A DNA stretch of 54,792 bases, the filler included, from Squatina squatina (taxonomy: Eukaryota): the NCBI GenBank assembly GCA_031763465.1. It is 3 parts of 3 records of this genome, joined end to end, with 100 filler letters (N's around TTAATTAATTAA, not from the genome) between each part and the next. Parts side by side here need not be neighbours in the genome. Positions count along the whole stretch, not along the records: positions 13,573 to 41,717 come from JARFOE010000194.1; 2 more parts are not named here. One strand, 5' to 3'. Positions 13,473 through 24,627 of the stretch are shown piece by piece (position 1 is the first letter of the stretch; each line of letters opens with the position of its first letter). A program made the translations under genes and the position numbers. The notes below the pieces were generated by a model. The model did no database searches, had not been told where the DNA came from, and saw only the letters and a list, made by a program, of their open reading frames with translations.

Positions 13473-13572
13473 NNNNNNNNNNNNNNNNNNNNNNNNNNNN
13501 NNNNNNNNNNNNNNNNTTAATTAATTAANNNNNNNNNNNNNNNNNNNNNNNNNNNNNNNNNNNNNNNNNNNN
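13473..13572. other. Artificial assembly linker N44-TTAATTAATTAA-N44
   Basis: Exactly 44 N, the 12-nt six-frame stop palindrome, then 44 N (100 nt total). The identical structure occurs at 41718-41817. Confidence 0.92.
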
Positions 13573-15075
13573 GATTCCCACATGTCATGTTCTTGATCTC
13601 AACTATGTTACTATGGGAAGATACCACAGGGAGAAGAGGACAAATTGGACAACCAGGCTGCTGTTGCACACCCAACACCCAGCTAAGCAGCAGCAAAAGC
13701 CTTGGAGCAGGTTTGCAACCAATACTCTTGGCTGGGGAAGACAAGATTGCACAAAGGGAAGAGAGAAAATAATCATTTTTTAGTGGTAAAATATTTATGT
13801 TTAAAAGTTACCCAGCTTTGGCATACAATGGAACATATAGCAGCAGAAAGAACGAAAATCTAAAAATACTAAGCCACAAAAGCCAGTGGTTTGAAATCCC
13901 ATCTTGTTCAACAGTCTCAAATCTTGGAAGATCTTTAGACACACCAATGTACACACAAGTACAATTTAAAAATTGGTGTAATTAAAAAGGCCAAGTCAGT
14001 CTAATAGATAACATTTATGTAATCTGGTACATGTGACATCATGTCATTGCCCAAAATATAAGAGCATCTACAAGAATAACTTGTTTTACAGGTTACAGTT
14101 AGCCCTGAGGAAAGAAAAAAAATGAATACAGAGATGCTTCATGTAATGGTGCTGAACATAGTTAGCAGAACTGAAATTATTTCAGTCCTTGACATGTCAT
14201 TTCAAAATTCACTGTACCTTTACATCATTCCATGTGATCTCAATACTTCTTGATTTATCTGTGCATTAACAAAACAAACCTTGGCAGCTGACTAACCCAG
14301 AATTGTTGAGCAAACCTCTACCTTTCCTCAAACTTGTATGAAGCCAACAATGGAACAGTACCTCATGGTTATGAAATTGCAACATTCTGCAAACTTAAAC
14401 CAAACTCGACATGTAGATGACATTTTCAGTACCTGCAAATACATTGCTTAGCAGAAAACAAAATAATGTTCATCAGTAGACCTTTTAGTTACACAACTGT
14501 CAAAATTAGGNNNNNNNNNNNNNNNNNNNNNNNNNNNNNNNNNNNNNNNNNCTTTGTAAAGGGAAAAATCATTAACAGTACATCATGGCATATGTCAAGG
14601 TCAGATTAGAAGCACCAATACATAAGGGAAAGCTTTGTGGAACCAGCAGTTTACATAAATGGCAAATGTTTAGAGTTAATTAGATTCCAAGTTTTCAACC
14701 ATTATCTCAAGCTACAGTATGGTGTTGCACAATAATGTGTTATAGTTCAGTTAAAAATATTCTACCACAGACACCAAATTCATTTTATTTTTAATTTAAA
14801 GTTTGTGTAGTTTTGCCATTTTTAAAAGTTGATTTTAAACTCAAAACCCTTTTGTCTAATCCCATCATCTTACCACTGAATAAGTCAGTTATCTGTGGAT
14901 AACTTGGCACAGTATTGTGTGTATCCATATCCTTTCACAACCAATGGAACTCGGTTTCTTCAGCTGGTTGGCACCGGTTTCCTCAAAACAGCTCCAGCAG
15001 ATTTGCACGACCCCAGTCAACACCAGTCAGTAAATCAATGGCACCCAGTGGAAAGTTCAGCATTTTCCCTGTCAG

Positions 15076-15681
15076 TCAGCAGCAGGAAGAGCTGTGCTTC
15101 TTCCCTCGATTTAGATTCACCGTGTCCGTTTGCATGAAACTGTCAGATCTATCATCGGCAGCAAGAACTCGACGAACAGCCTCTTCAAAGGCCACTGCAA
15201 CATTGGTGGCATCTTTTGCACTCGTTTCAAAATAAGGATGGTTGCCGTTATCTTTGCACCAAGCTTGAGCCTCTTCTGCTGAAACTTGCCTCTCACTGAC
15301 ATCAATTTTATTACCTAGAACCACAAACGGGAAATTATCTGGCTCCTTGACAGCTGCATAGTAGATGAATTCCTTTTTCCAATTGCCCAAATTTTGGAAA
15401 CTCTGGTGATCATCCACACTAAAAGTAAGGAGGCAACAATCTGAACCTCGATAAAATGGTGTCCGAAGGCTCCTAAACCTCTCTTGACCAGCAGTGTCCC
15501 ATATCTGCATTGTCACATAATGTCCATCAACTTCCAAATCTTTATTTAGAAACTCAACCCCTATTGTATGAAACAGATGTATGTCAAATTTATTGGTAAC
15601 ATATCTGTTCATGAGTGAACTTTTTCCTACTCCACCATCTCCTAGTAGGATCACCTTCAGTAGGGTTGATTTTCCAGCCAT
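15076..15681 (-). CDS. RAB9A: Ras-related protein Rab-9A, single coding exon, 201 aa
   Basis: ATG at 15681, MAGKSTLLKVILLGDGGVGKS (G1), WDTAGQE (G3), GNKID (G4), ETSAK (G5), C-terminal SSSCC prenylation motif. Splice acceptor ...gttatag| at 15721. Neighbours TCEANC/EGFL6 as RAB9A does in other vertebrates. Confidence 0.96.
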   Translation of the reverse strand: MAGKSTLLKVILLGDGGVGKSSLMNRYVTNKFDIHLFHTIGVEFLNKDLEVDGHYVTMQIWDTAGQERFRSLRTPFYRGSDCCLLTFSVDDHQSFQNLGNWKKEFIYYAAVKEPDNFPFVVLGNKIDVSERQVSAEEAQAWCKDNGNHPYFETSAKDATNVAVAFEEAVRRVLAADDRSDSFMQTDTVNLNRGKKHSSSCC

Positions 15682-15810
15682 GGTAGCCTCAAATGTTTTA
15701 AATTCCGAAATCAAAACAGCCTATAACAAAACACACAACACAGAGGTTCATTATCATCTATTGCATGGAGATATATAAAGACTAGAAATATAAGCAAAAG
15801 TGATCAAAAT

Positions 15811-15828
15811 GTACCACCTAGTGGTGCA
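15811..15828 (-). promoter_or_regulatory. Candidate CTCF-like motif
   Basis: Minus strand reads tgcaccactaggtggtac, close to the CTCF core CCAC(C/T)AG(A/G)(G/T)GGC. Motif match only. Confidence 0.3.
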
Positions 15829-16082
15829 GTGTTAGTAATGTTTCGATCTGTCAGTCTCTCAATAGCAGCCTTTGGACCTGTGGAGGTGGCGGAGAGAGAA
15901 GCACTGGTTCAGAGGGAGGGTGCTTGGTGGNNNNNNNNNNNNNNNNNNNNNNNNNNNNNNNNNNNNNNNNNNNNNNNNNNNNNNNNNNNNNNNNNNNNNN
16001 NNNNNNNNNNNNNNNNNNNNNNNNNNNNNNGCGCCCCTCGGAGGCGCTAATGGGGCGCAACAGGAGATGAATTTCTAGCCCA

Positions 16083-16408
16083 CTGTCTTTCGGATGAGAC
16101 GTTAAACCGAGGCCCCATCTCCCCCCCCTCAGGTGGATGTAAAAGATCCTGCGGTACTATTTGAAAAAGAGCAGTGGAGTTCTCCTGGTGTCCTGGCCAA
16201 CATTTATCCCACAACCAATATCACTAAAACAGATGATCTGGTCACTATCGCATTACTGTTTGGAAGACCTTGCTGAGCGAAAATTGGCTGCCGTGTTTCC
16301 TACATTATAACAGTGACTACACTTTAGAAGTACTTCATTGGCTGTAAAGTGCTTTGGGACGTCCGGTGGTAGTGTAAGGGGCTATATAAATGCAAGTCTT
16401 TCTTTTTT
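16083..16408 (+). mobile_element. DeuSINE (SacSINE1-like), core and 3' tail
   Basis: tgtctttcggatgagacgttaaaccgaggcccc...ggtgtcctggccaacatttatccc...cattggctgtaaagtgctttgggacgtcc...gctatataaatgcaagtctttctttt: Deu core plus LINE-derived tail. Confidence 0.85.
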
Positions 16409-17179
16409 CTGATATAAGGTACCATATACGAGAGAAATACAGTCTCAGATGGGGCCATAACTAAATGCAAATGTAAATGGTCAAGCGCTTTTAATAAACA
16501 ACAGAACAGCAAACAATAGGAATGGCTCAAATCCAAAACCCAAACTTGCAATTGAGTCACAACAGAAAATATACTTGGAAATCCAGTTAAATTTAAACTG
16601 CATAATTACACATAATGCTGCTTTGTAACACTGTATGTGTCCAAAATCTTAAAACTGGACAATGCTGGCTTCAGACATGACCTAAGTAGCCTTGAAAAAT
16701 CATTTAAATTGTTTTATAGGATAGCAGATACAATGTCCGTTACAGCACAAATGTCTTTCATTGTGAGATTTTTGGAATTAGTTTTTCCAGAAACATAACC
16801 TAGAAACTAAAAAGTTCCTATCGAGGCAATAATACCTCTTTAAAGCTGCAGTAACCATAGTGCCAACCAGCACATTTTTGGAAGTAAAACCTAAGAGCTG
16901 GCCATAATACAAGGAAATCCTTGTTGCCAGTGATCTTGACAAGAATATTCATTTGAAAAGTAATCTTTCAGCCACAGAGTACGTAAGTTTGTGCTTGTGA
17001 TTCACCACACAGTGAGTTCCAGATTTCAAATGAGTCACCAGGGGAGACCAAGTGTTTGTACACATGGAGCGAGAAATTAGAGCACCAGCCACACCAGGCC
17101 AATATTGTGGACAACCTATTAGTGGGTTGATCAGCAACTTACATTTATATAACTTGCCTTTAGCTAGGCTGTAATCAAA

Positions 17180-17424
17180 AATAATGGATGCTGAGCAAAA
17201 AGACAACAGATATTTTAGGAGCAGTGACCAAAGCTTGGTTAGAAATGGGCTTTAAACAATGTCTTAAAGGAGAGGGAGACAAAAAGGTGGAGGAGTTTAG
17301 GGGGGCATTTTCAGTGCAGGGTGCACAGATGACTAAAGACATGGTTGCCAACAGTGGGATGAAGGGGAGAGAATGCAAGAGAGGCCAGCGTCAGAGGAAT
17401 GGAGTGTTTGGCGTGTGAGGGGTT
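17180..17424 (-). mobile_element. L2-like LINE fragment
   Basis: Purine-rich gggctttaaacaatgtcttaaaggagagggag...ggagtttagggggg pattern, similar to 34540-34850. Matches the reverse complement of an L2 3' region. Confidence 0.55.
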
Positions 17425-17524
17425 NNNNNNNNNNNNNNNNNNNNNNNNNNNNNNNNNNNNNNNNNNNNNNNNNNNNNNNNNNNNNNNNNNNNNNNNNNNN
17501 NNNNNNNNNNNNNNNNNNNNNNNN

Positions 17525-18266
17525 ATTGCAGATGACATAAGTCATCATCTGTTCATCAGGATTTCCATTGCGCACCCAACCTGGAATAAAAAGTGTGCCT
17601 CTGGCAATTGCTGTCACCGTACAGTTAAATTTTTCACACCGTTTGCATTTGATTTTGTTTGTCTTCGTTCCTTCCAGACCATGAGGCAGCTGATGGTCCT
17701 GAAGCCCAGAGTTGGTGTACAATGCTCTTAGCTGTTTCAGCTCCTCACTTGCCATGTCCATCACTGACATCTCTGCAAACATCTGCGGAGTTACTTCCCC
17801 TGATAATATCTTCTGTCTTAAATGGGGATTCTTAGGGTTCTTTAAATTTGCAATCTTGCTTCGAATGCAAGCTTTGTATCTTTTATTATTTTTCATGTGT
17901 AATGTATATATGGATTGCTCGACTTCTTTGGCAACACTCTGCCACATTTCAACCACTGTCCCATCAGCTGTCTCTGAACCAGTTAGGGCTTGGAAAAGAA
18001 GCTCTACACACTTAGACCGTACAGCCTGGATATCTAATGCATGCTGCTTTTTAGGAGCTGGATCATGGTTGATTACTACTGAACCTTTCCCTGTTGAAAG
18101 TTGCTTTTCATTGTGTGTTTCTTCAAGCATCTCATTTGTGGGGAGATTATGAATGATATCAGTTCCCATCACTATCTGAATGTCTTCTACTTGCCGTACA
18201 GGGTTTCTACAGGCAGACTCAGTTCCATCTACCTCATATCCAGACATTACTTCTTCCTGAATGATT
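17525..18266 (-). CDS. TCEANC: TCEANC (TFIIS N-terminal and central domain protein), visible part of coding exon; both ends lost in gaps
   Basis: TFIIS central domain [12 protein letters not shown]...[17 protein letters not shown]...[16 protein letters not shown] followed by [10 protein letters not shown]...[26 protein letters not shown], characteristic of TCEANC. Lies between EGFL6 and RAB9A. Confidence 0.93.
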
Positions 18267-19739
18267 NNNNNNNNNNNNNNNNNNNNNNNNNNNNNNNNNN
18301 NNNNNNNNNNNNNNNNNNNNNNNNNNNNNNNNNNNNNNNNNNNNNNNNNNNNNNNNNNNNNNNNNNTAGCCGTCATTCATAGCATCTTTCAAGTTGGGGG
18401 AGGATTACTGGAGTGTATTATTATCATTAATTTAATTTTTAGGAGCTTTAACACTTAGAAGCATTCTTTTCACACTTCTCAGTAAATCTTTCTGGTGAAA
18501 CTTAACAGGCACCTGAGGGTTTAACTGGCACTCTGTGTTAGTCTCATCTACTGGCCCCAGTGTTATGTAACAGCTGGCCTCTCTCAGCAGGAGTGCTGCT
18601 TTTTAGTGCACCCTGAAAGGTTGCAGGTCACACTTTAGCCACAAAGTTTGCGGTTCACCTCTGGGCTTTATTCTCTCTGCAGTGAAGCAGGCTCACTTTA
18701 ACTGGGGCAACCAGAAGAGCTTACAATACATGTATGTGTACATCGCTTGGTAAGGTTGTGTTATTTATGAAAGGAAAAGTTTGGCAAACCTTGAAAAAAG
18801 AGATTTTATCTATATAGGTATTATGTTAAAACAAACAAGTCAGCGTTCCAAACTTCCTGTCTGGATACTCCAACCGTCACTTATAAAATTCTCAGGCAGA
18901 AACATTTGTTCTTATCAGGAATCAACTTTTCCACCATACCAAATATGCCTAATAACACATTGTGGGATTAAACTGAGCTTGCTGTGGGGTCATACGGAAC
19001 ACTCGAAGATTTGCTGGGTTTGATAACACACCTTTATAAATCAGCATGGACTGCAATGCTGGTGGCCAAGGGCTTGACAGGCTGGATTGAGATCAGTTGA
19101 ATGCCGGATGCCGACAGGACCAGGTTGTTCTCCTCTTGCTCAATCTGTAACAGGAAAAGAACTTGACTGAATCTCTGGGTGGTTGATGTGAGGAATGAAG
19201 ATACATGAAAAGATGTTACAATAAACAGCTAGGATTTACCAGTGACATTGACCTGTTCCCTCCGACTGCAGTAGACTTACAGAAACGTTTTTATAGAGTA
19301 AAATAAGCAAATACTGTAAGAACCTAGGCACACGATGCACTGATAAAATGACTTTCTGTTAACTAGGTGGAAGTTATCTTAAGCTTAGGGATCAATACCT
19401 CAAAGTACTGTTCAGTTCAAGTATATGGGCAATACCAACTTAAGACGGTAATGAAGAGATCTACAGACAGATAAGTCTGGCAGCTTAAGTTAATTTAGAA
19501 TTGTAAGAACACGAGAATAAAGAAGGCATGTATATTTTTCCATCTTATGAGACATAGATGCTCAAAACAGGATACAATCAAAGGATTTTAGAGTTTAAAT
19601 TTAAAATCTACTGCTTAGTGGTTGCCAGTTAATGACAAACTCCTGTGGAGCCGTTGTGAGCTGTCATAGCTTGTTTTAGGCGATATCCAGATCAATACTA
19701 AGATATCATGTGAATCCCATTTTAATCACAAAATGGCAC

Positions 19740-20295
19740 AATCATTTCTTCACAAGGTCACAGGATGAGCAGGGTCATTGGGCACATCTTAGTTAATCCA
19801 TCCAGAATGGCTCTAAAGACTCCTCACTGTTTCTTAAATGATTTCTAAGTTTTTGATTCGACTACTCCACCATTCGATGTGTTGATTACTTTTTGTATGA
19901 AGAAAAACTTCCTGCTTTCAGTCCTAAAATTAACTTTAACTAGATTGAAGCTGTGCCTCTTTGTCCTATTCTTGCAATTTAACTTGAGTAACTTTCTGCA
20001 TTTACCTTTTCATACTGTTTACAATCTATAGAGCTCTATAAGAACATGTTTCAGATGCTTTCTTTTGAAGGCCCAAGTTTCTCCAATGTTTTCTCATCAC
20101 TCAGATTTCTTAATTTAAGGATCAGCTTTGTGGCTCTTTTTGAACTGCCTCCAACGTCAGTGTTTACCTTGTGTCTCAATGACCAGAAGTTGCCACAAGG
20201 TGTGATCCGGCCAGAGCACTATACAGTTCGATCATGACTTTGTCTGACTTGCAGTTCTGTTTTGGCTACATTGTTCAAAATTCCACTGGCTTTAT
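19740..20295 (-). mobile_element. Degraded CR1-like LINE fragment
   Basis: Reverse-complement CR1 signatures: ccattcgatgtgttgattactttttgtatgaagaaaaacttcctg and ttgtggctctttttgaactgcctcca...gaccagaagttgccacaa. Boundaries approximate. Confidence 0.6.
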
Positions 20296-20315
20296 TGATT
20301 GCTGCTGTGTTACTG

Positions 20316-20390
20316 TCAGCCGTGGCTCAGTGGGAACCTCTCTCACCCATGAGTCAGAAGGTTGTGGGTTCAAGCTCCACTCCCGTGACT
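20316..20390 (+). mobile_element. tRNA-derived 5' head of a DeuSINE, cut off by a gap
   Basis: cagccgtggctcagtggg (A box)...gagtcagaaggttgtgggttcaagctccactcc (B box); same head as the copy at 34035. Confidence 0.75.
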
Positions 20391-20490
20391 NNNNNNNNNN
20401 NNNNNNNNNNNNNNNNNNNNNNNNNNNNNNNNNNNNNNNNNNNNNNNNNNNNNNNNNNNNNNNNNNNNNNNNNNNNNNNNNNNNNNNNNN

Positions 20491-20740
20491 TGGCCCCAGT
20501 GAGGACGCATTCCAGTCCCTCCGGTGCCCACTGGTCGTGGGAGGCCTCAAGCGTGCCGGCGGACACCGCGTGCTCCATCTCCAGGGAGCACCCGGGCACA
20601 AACGTAGCCGTGGAAGAGAGGCAGGCAGTCGGGGCAAACAACCCCCTTGATCGCTTGCTGCCTGGACCTATTAATGACCAACTTGGCCAGGCCCAGGAGC
20701 AGGTTCACGAAGAGGGCCTCCGACCGACCCGCACCCCACT
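20491..20740 (-). mobile_element. Tx1-clade LINE ORF2 C-terminal fragment
   Basis: GC-rich. Minus strand gives FVNLLLGLAKLVINRSRQQAIKGVVCPDCLPLFHGYV, then after a frameshift LEMEHAVSAGTLEASHDQWAPEGLECVL, resembling Tx1/L1-like ORF2 ends. Confidence 0.7.
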
Positions 20741-22129
20741 AAGAGAGTTGCTTACTATGGTTTGGTGGGGCTATGGTCAAGGCTATGTCAGTGCTTCAAT
20801 GGTCCAGCATTAATCTCAACTTTTTCCTATTATCCCTAATCTTTGTTATGTGGGATATCAAGCAAGTAGGTAGTACTTGTAATCGTGTAAAACATCCTGC
20901 AATATAATAGCTTTGGCAGTTTCCTATTAAGTTGGTGCCAGGTTCACAAGAAAATCATTTAGATCAATTTACTCAGCTGGATAATTTACTGGGCCATTGA
21001 AATGCGCATTGATCTTTCCTTACAGAAAAGCTCTAGTCCTGGCACTGTAAGTTTATTTATTGCTTGCATGATATTTAAAATGGTTTGGTTAAATCTTTTG
21101 TTGAGCAAACCCAGTTGTATGTGTGTTTCTTTAGTTGATCACCACACAGATGTGAACTTTTGATTGCTTACCCAAAAGGCAATCACTGTTATGTGCAGAG
21201 CTAAAGTTAGATTAATGACATGCTGAAGCCACTTCTATTCGTCTTATTGTACAGGCAGTCATTACTATAAAACTTGATTAATACAACCCTCCTGTTATAT
21301 CAAGGTGGTCCTTGCGGAAACCGTATTAAAATTTGTGAAACAAATCCCCAAAACACCAAACACCCAGTGGGCCCCACGGAACCAGTTGTGATTAATTTAG
21401 TCTGATTTCAACAGCTGTAATTGTTTAAGTGCTCAGAGGAAATGGATCAAATTTACCTCTGCTATGGTTCCATGACCTGCACGGCAATCGTCAGTGAAAC
21501 AGCTGATGTTTCTCAGCAGCCCATAGCGACTGGAATAAGCTTGAGTCTCTCGCCGACTTACCAGAGANNNNNNNNNNNNNNNNNNNNNNNNNNNNNNNNN
21601 NNNNNNNNNNNNNNNNNNNNNNNNNNNNNNNNNNNNNNNNNNNNNNNNNNNNNNNNNNNNNNNNNNNATCCATATGACCCACGCTACTACATATAATGGC
21701 CTCTACCCTGGTGCAGCCATTTCCACCATTCTCAGGACTTCCATGTCAGCCTCTAAGGAATTAGAAGCTTACCTTTTACTTTCTTTATTCCCAGCCAGTT
21801 CAATCCTTCTTCCAAGAGCTTGTTCTGCCCTTAAACTGCATGGATCCCTTTACAAGGGAAGTTGCGTCCTTGCTGTGCCACATTCCTGAATTCTAAGGCA
21901 AAGTTGGCTCCCTGATGGTGAGACACCTACCCTTGTCCCACCAGCATTATTTCAATTTCAAGACCTCCCCTGACCTAGTAACCAAACCTGGGTCTCAGCG
22001 TACACAAAATAGGACCCTTCAAGATCTGAATGTGCATCCTCATTTTTTTGTGTATTTAAGACTTCTTTCCACAAGGAGACAATGCAAGAGCAATCCCACA
22101 GAAAATGGAACAAAATCATTTTCATCAAT

Positions 22130-22315
22130 TTCACACATGCACACTTTCCAATAGAGGTCAGGGGTGGCCTGGCTGATCTTTCTTCTCTTCTCCCTAGCAC
22201 TGAGGGAACTTGCAATGTCTGTACCTCTAACAGCATAACACTGGAGATTGAACCTGGAACCATCTTGGCCTGTATGGTGTGCGGTGTGCTATTAGCCACC
22301 GGGCCATTGAGGAAG
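22130..22315 (-). mobile_element. tRNA-headed SINE-like repeat (second family)
   Basis: Minus strand tggcccggtgg...ccatacaggccaagatggttccaggttcaatctcc...gctagggag...atcagccagg shares motifs with 23750-24105. Confidence 0.5.
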
Positions 22316-23749
22316 CCATTGCATTGTGCTGCTAACACCATTTATCTCCAGTACACCAATAGTAAAATTCATTGCCATGGTTTTTTTTATGTACATTATC
22401 AAGAAAATTCTGCATTACAGATCAAATAGGTATTTAAAAAAATGAAATAAAAGCTGAATCCTACCGTTTAGGCCCTCTTCACTTTGCTGCCAGACCGCCT
22501 CAGTTTGTCTGATCCAAGGGGTCTCAAACGCAAAGGGCATCGGCAGCTTCTTGGGGCATCACTGGAAATGGGCATCCCTTGGTTATTAGAAAAGGAGGTT
22601 GAGGCAAGAAGACCTGGAATGCCCCCTCTAGATTGATTTGCTGGGCCTGCACCTATTGCAGATGTTGGCCAAGATCCTCCCATTTGTGGAAATCCTGGGG
22701 CAACATCAAGGGGGGTGTAGATCTGACATAACGGTCTTCGTCCCCTTTTCCTCTCCGTAGTGTCCAGAAAATTAACTTTTCCCAGGCGTTGTAGAGAAGA
22801 ATCTAGGAGCCACTGTTTAATTAAAAACCAAGGGAAATGGCTTAAAACCCTGAAGGTAATGGCTATGTCAAGTTCAAAACTTACATTGTTATTATTTTTC
22901 AAATATCATAGAGTACTTTCTTTTAATAGATTTACATTTACAAAAGCCTTGTGCTTAATCACATTGCTTGGTTAGCATATAATATAGCATTGGTCAAAAT
23001 ACTGTTGTCAATGACCCATGTCAGTAAAAACCAATTAAAAAATGGAATATTCAATGGACCAAGTAAAAGAGCTGGCAGGTGAGTAGTTAGTTTTAAGATC
23101 ATTGGAAGAGTGCATACCTGATATACACAGCACCGTGGCTAGACTGATACAACAACATTATAATTGTACAGTCAGGAAACATACAATAAGATGCTTGTAA
23201 TAGTTAATACCACAACCTTGAGTGTAAAAATCCTGCAATGCCAAAGAAATGTAGGCACCAGAATATGAGTACTTCACTGCAAAAATGTCATATTTTACAC
23301 GCTGGAGAGCAGTCTGGTCTGAAGTAGGTTGTAAAGAACAAATGTTAAAATTGTGAAACACAAGTCAATATGTCGCATTTTGACTTGGGTTTCACAGTTT
23401 TATTATATTTGCTCATTAGCTTAGTTGAAACTTTATAGAGTGGTTTCATTTACACAAAGGCCATGGGTTAAAGGTTTACCATTCTGAAGTGCATGTCACA
23501 GGCAAGATGTATAGAAAGAAAGACTATGTACACAAGACTAACAAGTCCTATTCAAAGCTTGTCATTTTCATTTTAAGTAACAAAATAGGNNNNNNNNNNN
23601 NNNNNNNNNNNNNNNNNNNNNNNNNNNNNNNNNNNNNNNNNNNNNNNNNNNNNNNNNNNNNNNNNNNNNNNNNNNNNNNNNNNNNNNNNAAAGATGTCAA
23701 TTGTCAATAGACCTGTTTAAAAAAAGTAGCACAGTTTGTTTGGTAAACA

Positions 23750-24105
23750 CAATATTGTGTAGCTGAGCCATACAGGCCAGAATGTCCCAGGATTTATCCC
23801 CAGTCTGTGCTGTGTTAGTTGACCTCAGATGGAATGGCAATAGGGGAACTGCAGTTGGCCACAAAGCCTCTGGGTTGAGAAGCAGTAAATCAGCCTGGGA
23901 TCTTGTTCTTGATCACTAACCAATGTTCATGGGTGGACATCAGTAATGATAGGATTGGGAGGAACTGTGAAGCCCCCCAAGAATCAAATAACTTGCCCAC
24001 ACTTGCTGTGTAGGCTTACACGTACAAAATAAACAGGTGTGCGAGGTAATAAAGGGTATTCATGGAACTGTATCCCAGTCAATGGCCTCTTGAGAGGAGG
24101 AGGTG
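23750..24105 (+). mobile_element. tRNA-headed SINE-like repeat (second family), near full length
   Basis: gtgtagctgagccatacaggccagaatgtcccaggatttatccccagtctgtgctg...aaatcagcctggg...gagaggaggagg. Internal homology to 22130-22315. Confidence 0.5.
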
Positions 24106-24200
24106 GGAACAGAAAGTTGTCACAATTTGTTTCATAACTGTTGTTTACCTAATCACAAGGCTGTCATCTGACTACTGAGAAGCTACAATATTGACCTTAC

Positions 24201-24335
24201 CTATGCATTTGTATTTACCATCGATGTACTTAAGCTCATAGCCAGTTTGGCACTTGCAGTAGTAGCTGCCAAATGTGTTCACACATCTTCGCAGAGGAGG
24301 GCAAAGAGCTTTGGCAGTTGCACATTCATCAATAT
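24201..24335 (-). CDS. EGFL6: EGFL6 exon encoding a calcium-binding EGF domain (135 nt, phase 1-1)
   Basis: ctag| acceptor and |gtaagg donor. Translates (D)[44 protein letters not shown]. Position between TLR8 and TCEANC favours EGFL6 over its paralogue nephronectin. Confidence 0.88.
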
Positions 24336-24534
24336 CTAGAAGAGGGAACAGTAAAAGAGATAGATATACTTGAATATTCTTTTCAGATAGCAGCTTAATG
24401 TGCAAATATGCTATTTACGTGTTTAATTAAATATTGGACGGTGAGGAAACTCTTGCATTGGACTGGACTGGTAGGACCTTAATTTTGAATTAATTTACTA
24501 TTTTGAATTGCCACACAGGTTAGAGTTCGGGTTG

Positions 24535-24627
24535 GGGGGGTGAAATTCGTCTTGGGCAATTGGGCGAGATGTAAAACAGGCTGCCGAGGCGCTATTTCCC
24601 AATTTGTGCTACCACCCAAGACAAATT
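24535..24627. mobile_element. Short hairpin MITE-like element, right end cut off by a gap
   Basis: aattcgtcttggg near 24544 pairs with cccaagacaaatt ending at 24627. Starts ggggggtgaaatt like other MITE ends in the window. Confidence 0.55.

Noticed and set aside
15682-15714. 11-aa N-terminal extension of RAB9A in the ORF track
   Set aside because: It starts at a non-ATG codon in the 5' UTR. The ATG at 15681 has good Kozak context (gctaccATGg) and gives the canonical 201 aa.
17333-18376. 347-aa ORF as a complete TCEANC protein
   Set aside because: Both ends run through N gaps into unrelated sequence (L2 repeat on the left). Only 17525-18266 is supported.
20316-20390. Possible tRNA gene (A and B boxes)
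   Set aside because: It is the tRNA-derived head of the SINE family seen nearly complete at 34035-34490.
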